From: an uncultured Gammaproteobacteria bacterium
GTDB taxonomy: Bacteria > Patescibacteriota > Microgenomatia > Levybacterales > GWA1-39-11
Assembly: GCA_964504535.1 (NCBI GenBank)
Contig: CAZDED010000002.1
Location: forward strand, 82,673-146,672
DNA: 64,000 nt
Direction: 5' to 3'
Positions 57,701 to 64,000 of the stretch are shown here, piece after piece. The notes below the pieces were generated by a model that was not told the DNA's origin, ran no database searches, and saw only the letters and a list, made by a program, of their open reading frames with translations. A program made the translations under genes and the position numbers. Every line of letters starts with the position of its first letter. Positions within the stretch are counted from its first letter, which is position 1.

Positions 57701-58402
57701 ATGGCAAATTCTCACATGAAGTTTATTAAAAAGAGAGACAAAAATCCCTTAGTCCCTGGGCACTACTTTCTCTTTAACTGGGTAAAACCATTTATAAAAA
57801 AGAAAACAAAAATTTTGGATATCGGTTGTTGGACAGGACCCCTTGAAATACTTTTTGAAAAAACTGAAGCTGCCGTTACCGGTATTGATATTGAAGAGGG
57901 ACCTTTAAAATACGCTTCTAAAAGATTTCCACAATATAGGTTTAAAAATGTCTCAATTATAGAAAATCTACCCTTTAAAAATGGTGAGTTTAATATTGTA
58001 CTTTTTTTCATGGTTATTGAACACATTCCTCAGGGGAGTGAATTGATAGCTCTTCGTAATATAAACAGGGTAATGAAAAAGGGTGGGAAATTATGCATGA
58101 ATACTATGAATTCAAATGTACTATCAAACCTTCTTGATCCGGCTTACTTCTTTGGACACAGACATTATTCTGAAAAACATCTTCGTGATTTACTATCTCT
58201 TGCAGGATTTAAAGTCGAAAAAATAACATTCAACGCTGGATTTTTTACAACAGCCTACATAGTCACGTTATATTTTTTCAAACATGTATTAAGAAGAGCA
58301 GAGCCAAGAGGAATATTTGATAAGCTGATGGAGCTTGACTACAAAAATCGTGGATTTGCAGAAATAGATATTCAAGCGGTTAAGGTTGCCAATATAAATT
58401 AA
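57701..58402 (+). CDS. Class I SAM-dependent methyltransferase
   Basis: Motif I ILDIGCWTGPLE…KKGGKLCMNT. 233 aa. Confidence 0.6.
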   Translation: MANSHMKFIKKRDKNPLVPGHYFLFNWVKPFIKKKTKILDIGCWTGPLEILFEKTEAAVTGIDIEEGPLKYASKRFPQYRFKNVSIIENLPFKNGEFNIVLFFMVIEHIPQGSELIALRNINRVMKKGGKLCMNTMNSNVLSNLLDPAYFFGHRHYSEKHLRDLLSLAGFKVEKITFNAGFFTTAYIVTLYFFKHVLRRAEPRGIFDKLMELDYKNRGFAEIDIQAVKVANIN

Positions 58403-58403
58403 A

Positions 58404-59447
58404 ATGAAGGCATTTGAAAAAGTTTCAATAATTATTGTCAATTGGAATGGTGCTCAGCATCTTAAAAAATGTTTGCCAACACTTGAAAAAATTAATTATC
58501 CAAATTTTGAAATAATATTTGTTGATAATGCATCTCAAGACGAGTCAATAGATCTTATAAAAACATTTGCAAAGAGGATGCAACCGCGAAATGTAAAAAT
58601 TAAGACGGTTGTTAACAAAAAGAATTTAGGATTTGCAGGGGGGAATAATGCAGGTCTTAAATCGGTTACTGGTAAATATATCCTGCTTCTTAATAATGAC
58701 ACTACTGTTACGAAAAACTTCATCAAGGAACTTGTTGGAGTAATTGAAAAAAATCCGTCCGTCGATTGCGTTCAATCAAAGATACTATCCATGAACTATC
58801 CTGAAAAACTTGATTCTGTAGGGGCTTATCTCACAAACACTGGTTTTCTATACCACTACGGTTATTTCCAAAAAAATAAATTGTCATATGACTCAACCCG
58901 TGATCTCTATACAGCCAAAGGCGCATGCATGATGGTGAAGAAAGAAATTGTAGATAAAATAGGATTGTTCGATCCTGACTTTTTTGCTTACTTTGAAGAA
59001 TCTGATTTTTGTCACCGTATATGGTTGTCCGGAGGAAGAGTGATGTATGCTCCAAAATCAGTTATTTATCACAAGGTTGGTGGAACTTCGAATTCAATGA
59101 ATAATGCATTCATTCAATTCCACTCATTTAAAAATCGCATCAATTCTTACTTGAAGAATTTGGGAACCTTAGAACTTATAAAAATATTACCGCTGCATCT
59201 CTTGTTATGTGAGCTTGCGGCTGTAAGCTTTGTTCCAAAAGGTCGGGTGGATTTATTTATTGCTATCAATAAAGCAATTTATTGGAATGCATTAAATATT
59301 AAAAAAACTCTAAAAAAAAGAAAAAAGATACAGCATGTTTTGCGTACTGTGCCGGATTCAAAATTCATGAAAAATATAAAGAGAAGTCCGGGAGCCCGTT
59401 ATTACTATTATTTATTTGCAAAAAGCCTCGTGGGGTATAGGGAATGA
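58404..59447 (+). CDS. GT2 glycosyltransferase (rhamnosyltransferase-like)
   Basis: VSIIIVNWNGAQHL…IIFVDNASQDES…LLNNDTTV…EESDFCHR. Confidence 0.7.
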   Translation: MKAFEKVSIIIVNWNGAQHLKKCLPTLEKINYPNFEIIFVDNASQDESIDLIKTFAKRMQPRNVKIKTVVNKKNLGFAGGNNAGLKSVTGKYILLLNNDTTVTKNFIKELVGVIEKNPSVDCVQSKILSMNYPEKLDSVGAYLTNTGFLYHYGYFQKNKLSYDSTRDLYTAKGACMMVKKEIVDKIGLFDPDFFAYFEESDFCHRIWLSGGRVMYAPKSVIYHKVGGTSNSMNNAFIQFHSFKNRINSYLKNLGTLELIKILPLHLLLCELAAVSFVPKGRVDLFIAINKAIYWNALNIKKTLKKRKKIQHVLRTVPDSKFMKNIKRSPGARYYYYLFAKSLVGYRE

Positions 59448-61579
59448 AAAAACTTGTTGGAGTCTGGTTGTTTTACTTTGTCATTATTGCTTTTTTCTAC
59501 AGAAATTCCCTGTATTCGTATTTTGAAGGGGATGAATGGTACTATTTTTCAATTTTTTTGCCTTTGACTCATCACCCATTTGGACTGCTTGAAACCTTTA
59601 TTAAAAGTTTTACAGAGTCCAATACTATTTCAGGAGGTGGACATGTTGCCCCTCTCTACAATGTTATCTGGTTTCTGCTTAACAAGTTTTTTGGTTTGAA
59701 TTTCAAATATTACATTATTTTTAGTCTTCTTACGCATACCTTTAACACGTTCTTCTTATATATATTTACAAAAGGAATTATTAAAAACAGACTTGTGCCA
59801 CTTCTTGCAGGTTTTATCTTTGCAATATCATGTGTACACTATGAAGCTATAACATGGGTAATGGCTGTTGTTCCAACTCAGATTTCATTACTTTTTACTC
59901 TTCTTGGGTTGATATTTTTTATCCGTAAATCGTTTGTTATAGGTCTTTTATTTTTTTTGGCAGGAGTTTTTACCAAAGAGACAGTAATTCTTGTTATGGT
60001 TCTTGCGCCACTTCTTCTCTTGCCCTTAGGAAAAAAAGAGTTCTTAAAAGGAACAGCGTTAAGTGTAATTGGAATGGTTATATATTTACCTATTCGGTTT
60101 GGTATTCCGCTTCTAGTTGATAAAACACCCGTCCATTCCCTTCATATACCCATCCAAAGCCTCTTTTTTTACCAAATACTTCTTGTAGAGAGAATGATAA
60201 CCGAAGTATTTGTATCATCAAACATATTATTAGTTCTTTCAAGGTACGTTTCAGAATATACATATCAGAAAATGCCATCTCATCTTATCCCAAAAGAGTC
60301 CCTTGAATTATTTAGTCAAAGTATTGGGGCTGATATCCTTATGTTGGCGTTAAGCCCTATTTTTATTGGCGTATGCGTTATTGTTCTGCAAAGGACATTT
60401 CGGAAAAAGAAAAACTACGAGGTTTTACTATTATCAGTTGCTCTCATTGTGACAAGCGCATTTCCTTTATTGTTTGTTCTGAATTATGCACCGTGGTGGA
60501 TTGAAGGTGCCTTCATTGATTCTCGCCATCTTTATTTGCCTTCAGTTGGGGCATCACTATTATTGTCATTAGGTGTTTACCACGTGTATAAATACTTATC
60601 AAAGCATCGGGCAAAAGGTGTCACTATTTCACTTTTTTCAATACTATGTGTGTTATGGATTTGGATACAGTATTCTGTCATTCAAAAACAAGCTGACAAA
60701 TTCGAGAACTTGTCTGTCATGAGACAAAGCTTACTAAGATCTATGCATTCGTATCTTCCACAGCTACCTCAAAAAGCGGTCATTCTTGTAGAAAGCGACA
60801 CTCCCTATTTTGGGTTTGGTGCAATTCCTCCTTTCCAGACCAATCTCGGTCAAGTCCTGGCGCTGACATATTATGAAAAAAACCAACTATCCTCTTATTT
60901 TTTTACAAAAGCTAAATATATGCAAAAGGGAATATTGGGGGAAGGAGTGGTTTCGTTAAATAATAAAACTTTTGGGTATTACCTAAGTAAAAGTAGCATG
61001 TTGAGAGATCTGGCGCTTAATAAATTCTCAATAGAAGATGTTTATGCTTATTATTGGGTTGGTGGTAGCAACGAATTACAAGATAAAACAAGAGAAACAA
61101 GAGAACTCGCGTCAACATACACATATGAAGTTGTGAAGACAAGGAATTGGAGACAGATAGTGGTAGAAGGTGATGTCAAGTTTTCTTACCCTCCTGATAG
61201 TCAGTTGACGGACGTAACAGATAACGGTGAATCATTAAAAAAATTTGAGCTACAGATCGACAATGGCTCGCTTATCACAATCAGCCTTGAAAACAAAAGT
61301 AGCAAGCTTCCTTTTCATGAATTTTTGAAATCCGAGAAAAAATCTGATCAGATCCCAAAGGATGCTGAATACTATATCAAAAACATTTTTAGAGCAAATG
61401 GCTCTGCCGTTACTGCAGTCTATATAAAATCAGGTGATTATGCGCGGTATTTTGTTCCATTCGGCAACGGGACCGGTTATTTAGAATTCAGTGCTCCTGC
61501 CAATCCTAAAGAAACTGATAGGGACATAAAATATATGAATAAAGAAATAGAGTTAGTTATAAGTACTGCCCACTTTTAA
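59444..61579 (+). CDS. Large membrane protein with ~430-aa polytopic N-terminal domain and ~280-aa C-terminal soluble domain; possible GT-C-like transferase
   Basis: 711 aa. Early loop YFEGDEWYYF contains an acidic DE motif. C-terminal region is non-hydrophobic. Confidence 0.4.
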   Translation: MKKLVGVWLFYFVIIAFFYRNSLYSYFEGDEWYYFSIFLPLTHHPFGLLETFIKSFTESNTISGGGHVAPLYNVIWFLLNKFFGLNFKYYIIFSLLTHTFNTFFLYIFTKGIIKNRLVPLLAGFIFAISCVHYEAITWVMAVVPTQISLLFTLLGLIFFIRKSFVIGLLFFLAGVFTKETVILVMVLAPLLLLPLGKKEFLKGTALSVIGMVIYLPIRFGIPLLVDKTPVHSLHIPIQSLFFYQILLVERMITEVFVSSNILLVLSRYVSEYTYQKMPSHLIPKESLELFSQSIGADILMLALSPIFIGVCVIVLQRTFRKKKNYEVLLLSVALIVTSAFPLLFVLNYAPWWIEGAFIDSRHLYLPSVGASLLLSLGVYHVYKYLSKHRAKGVTISLFSILCVLWIWIQYSVIQKQADKFENLSVMRQSLLRSMHSYLPQLPQKAVILVESDTPYFGFGAIPPFQTNLGQVLALTYYEKNQLSSYFFTKAKYMQKGILGEGVVSLNNKTFGYYLSKSSMLRDLALNKFSIEDVYAYYWVGGSNELQDKTRETRELASTYTYEVVKTRNWRQIVVEGDVKFSYPPDSQLTDVTDNGESLKKFELQIDNGSLITISLENKSSKLPFHEFLKSEKKSDQIPKDAEYYIKNIFRANGSAVTAVYIKSGDYARYFVPFGNGTGYLEFSAPANPKETDRDIKYMNKEIELVISTAHF

Positions 61580-61628
61580 TTTAGAAAGACAATGTATATC
61601 AAATTGATTATAATGTTATGAATTAATT

Positions 61629-63032
61629 ATGCTTTTTACAGATCACTTTTTTATCCTTTACTTCTTCCCAATTTTCTTTATTTTCTATTATCTATTTCGA
61701 AGATCACTCATACTTTCAGACGTCATCCTCATAATATTTAGTCTTCTGTTTTATGCATCATTTGGAATAAATAATCTTCCAATTCTCATTATTCCCCTAT
61801 TTATAGATTATTTCGCCGGGATATATCTCCAAAAACAAAGATCAAAAAGAAAAAGAAAAATTGTACTGACTATCTTGATTGTGGGGAACTTGCTGCTACT
61901 TGGATATTACAAATATGCGCTTTTTACTATAGATAGCATTATATTGCTTCATAAAGATAATTTTTTGACTACCTTGACGTTCTATAAGAACATCATTGTC
62001 CCGGTTGGTATATCTTTTATTACATTTCAACGGATCAGTTATGAAGTAGACATTTATAGAAGAAAGATAAAGGCCTGCAAAAATCTTTTACAGTATGCCT
62101 CATATGCACTTCTCTTTCCGCATCTCATCTCAGGACCAATTGTGAGATATTCATTTATTCAAAAACAGCTAAAAAAACGAAAGCTGACATCTCTACTGAT
62201 GTTTGATGGGATGAAGTATTTTGTCATAGGACTTTGTCTCAAGTTATTGATAGCAGACAAACTTTTTATCGTAGAAAATGCCCTTTCAACGAATCTTAAG
62301 AACATCCATTCTCTTGAGGCAATTTGTCTTTTGTTCTATTTCTCATTTAGAATTTATCTGGATTTTTGCGGATACTCGCTTATAGCGATTGGACTCGCAA
62401 AGCTTATGGGATTTGAATTTCCACATAACTTTAACGCGCCTTACCAGGCTATAAATATAACTGACTTTTGGAGACGGTGGAATATCACACTTTCCGGTTG
62501 GTTGAGGGACTATCTGTATATTCCCTTGGGGGGAAATAGAAAAGGGAAGATCAGAACTTATGTGAATTTAATAATAACCATGCTTTTGGGTGGACTATGG
62601 CATGGAGCTAGCTGGAATTTTGTTCTATGGGGACTTTTACATGGAAGTTATTTAGCAATTGAACGGTTGTTAAATGACAAGAAAATTACTATACCTTTAC
62701 CACTAATTATAAAAAGATATGCAACTTTCTTGCTAGTGACAGTTACTTGGCTAACATTCCTTTTCAAAAGCCCTGGAGATATTGCCATGGAGGTGAAGAA
62801 AATCTTAGAATTGAATTTTACGCTCCCTGATCTAAGTCTTAAGTTATTGATGCAAGAGAGTATTATTGTTTTGCTCTTTGCAGTAATTTGGTCATTCTTT
62901 TTAAAAGAAGAATATATAGAAAAAATAAAACCAAATCTTTTATCTTCAATTTCACTTGTTATTCTTTTATTGGTATGTATTTATAGTGCGCTATGGAGTG
63001 CTGGTGTTCCTTTTATTTATTTTCAATTCTAG
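61629..63032 (+). CDS. MBOAT-family membrane-bound O-acyltransferase (AlgI/DltB-like)
   Basis: WRRWNITLSGWLRDYLYIPLGGNRKG and GLWHGASWNFVLWGLLHG (conserved His). 467 aa, polytopic. Confidence 0.8.
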   Translation: MLFTDHFFILYFFPIFFIFYYLFRRSLILSDVILIIFSLLFYASFGINNLPILIIPLFIDYFAGIYLQKQRSKRKRKIVLTILIVGNLLLLGYYKYALFTIDSIILLHKDNFLTTLTFYKNIIVPVGISFITFQRISYEVDIYRRKIKACKNLLQYASYALLFPHLISGPIVRYSFIQKQLKKRKLTSLLMFDGMKYFVIGLCLKLLIADKLFIVENALSTNLKNIHSLEAICLLFYFSFRIYLDFCGYSLIAIGLAKLMGFEFPHNFNAPYQAINITDFWRRWNITLSGWLRDYLYIPLGGNRKGKIRTYVNLIITMLLGGLWHGASWNFVLWGLLHGSYLAIERLLNDKKITIPLPLIIKRYATFLLVTVTWLTFLFKSPGDIAMEVKKILELNFTLPDLSLKLLMQESIIVLLFAVIWSFFLKEEYIEKIKPNLLSSISLVILLLVCIYSALWSAGVPFIYFQF

Positions 63033-63033
63033 T

Positions 63034-64000
63034 ATGAAAAAAATTATTCTTGTATTACCAATTATTGTCTGGCTGAGTCTCTTTTTATTAGAGATTTTCT
63101 CTTACTTTTTCCAACAGCCAAAGCCGATGTATTTTAGGGCTTGGGAATATGTGCTTAATCAAGGGAAGGATTCATTTTATGTCCCTTTTCAACCCAGAGC
63201 TTATTATGATGGGCCGATGACAGGTGATCTCTTGTTCACAACGAATTTTTTGCCAAAAAAGAGTGAAATCAGAAGGCAAGTTTTTATAACAGATGAATAT
63301 GGTTTTAGGAATGAAGTTGGAACTTATGCTAAAGGTGTTGACGTGGTACTTATGGGAACATCCTTTGTGGGAGGAGCAGCCGAGACTCAAGATAATCTTG
63401 TATCATCTTTGCTTAATAAAAAATACAAGATAAAAACGTACAACTATGCGACACTTCCGTTGCAACATTTCTGGGAAGATTCCCGTTTTGTAGACAAACC
63501 TCCAAAATATCTTGTGGTAATTGCAAATGAAACTGAAGCCCTGCAAAATATCTGGACTGAATTTGTTAAACCTTCAACAGTTAAGCGTGCTCTTCCTAAG
63601 TGGAGTTCACATTCAGATTGGAAAGAGAAAGAGGAAATTATTGATACCAGCTACTTAGGGATTACGACTCTTTTGAAGAGGTTTTCGATCGTCAAATATG
63701 AGTTAAGGCAAATATACCTTACCATGCTTAATTCTATTTTTCCGAGAGATATTATTGCAAACAAACTCATAAAACTAAATATTTATGATCCGGATTTGGA
63801 TATGCTTTTTTGGGATTCGAATAGCTATAATCCCCTCATCAACAAGAAAGCTGTTGATGAAACAATAACAACTCTTAAGCAGTCGCAGGAAATGCTTAAG
63901 AGTCGTAATATTACATTGGTTATGGCTGTTATGGTCTCAAAAACAACGCTGTATTCAAAAGATTTTAAAAATGTTGATCAGAAAAAAGAATCTCTGTATC
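63034..64000 (+). CDS. AlgJ/DltD/DHHW-like periplasmic O-acyltransferase partner of the MBOAT (5' part; ORF runs off the window end)
   Basis: ATG at 63034, open frame to 64000 and so absent from the ORF track. N-terminal signal/TM MKKIILVLPIIVWLSLFLL, then a soluble domain with GTSFVGG (SGNH block-I-like) and ITDEYGFRN. The gene order MBOAT then partner protein is conserved in known systems. Confidence 0.5.
   Translation, partial: MKKIILVLPIIVWLSLFLLEIFSYFFQQPKPMYFRAWEYVLNQGKDSFYVPFQPRAYYDGPMTGDLLFTTNFLPKKSEIRRQVFITDEYGFRNEVGTYAKGVDVVLMGTSFVGGAAETQDNLVSSLLNKKYKIKTYNYATLPLQHFWEDSRFVDKPPKYLVVIANETEALQNIWTEFVKPSTVKRALPKWSSHSDWKEKEEIIDTSYLGITTLLKRFSIVKYELRQIYLTMLNSIFPRDIIANKLIKLNIYDPDLDMLFWDSNSYNPLINKKAVDETITTLKQSQEMLKSRNITLVMAVMVSKTTLYSKDFKNVDQKKESLY

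Noticed and set aside
57657-57707. N-terminal extension of the minus-strand SDR gene to 57707
   Set aside because: It would overlap the divergent methyltransferase start at 57701 head-to-head. The Rossmann motif begins right after the internal ATG at 57656, which has an AGGA upstream.
1-64000. CRISPR arrays, transposases, integrases, phage or toxin-antitoxin/defence genes
   Set aside because: No direct-repeat/spacer periodicity and no recognisable recombinase, nuclease or phage structural motifs in any frame. The window is essentially all glycosylation genes plus the small 5' region.

Overview
This is an AT-rich window (about one-third GC by eye) that is coding-dense, with gene content typical of a small-genome, CPR/Patescibacteria-like bacterium; the taxonomic placement is an inference. 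The first ~3.2 kb holds a partial minus-strand AMP-binding-enzyme gene, two small membrane-anchored hypotheticals, a minus-strand tRNA-Glu(CUC) with an odd neighbouring hairpin, and a convergent pair of slightly GC-richer hypothetical genes. From ~3.2 kb to the window end (~61 kb) there is one very large glycosylation supercluster. About 47 genes are almost all co-directional on the plus strand and are packed with ATGA-type stop/start overlaps.

The cluster contains about 22 large polytopic membrane proteins in at least five paralogous families:
- Family A: seven PMT/ArnT-like GT-C proteins (six close paralogues plus one divergent) carrying a conserved 'DE..GYNAYS' loop.
- Family B: four ~550-aa proteins of an uncharacterised 'HxD…YFPGW' family.
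- Family C: three YfhO-family proteins.
- Family D: a 'WDQ' pair.
- Family E: a convergent, inverted pair of 497-aa paralogues.
- Four further membrane proteins are unclassified.

Interleaved with these are four DPM1/GtrB-like polyprenyl-phosphate sugar synthases (GT2), six other GT2 enzymes, three GT4 enzymes and two Wzx-type flippases. There is also an amino-sugar tailoring block (GalE, two SDR epimerase/dehydratases, a DegT-type aminotransferase, a WecD-like GNAT and two SAM methyltransferases) and a terminal MBOAT plus AlgJ/DltD-like O-acylation pair.

I read this as a hyper-expanded, lipid-carrier-dependent extracytoplasmic glycosylation system with several GT-C-like families that look undescribed. 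No CRISPR array, transposase or phage gene was seen. Several operon heads have a -10 element exactly 6 nt upstream of the ATG, suggesting leaderless transcripts. All calls are from motif recognition by eye; no searches were run.
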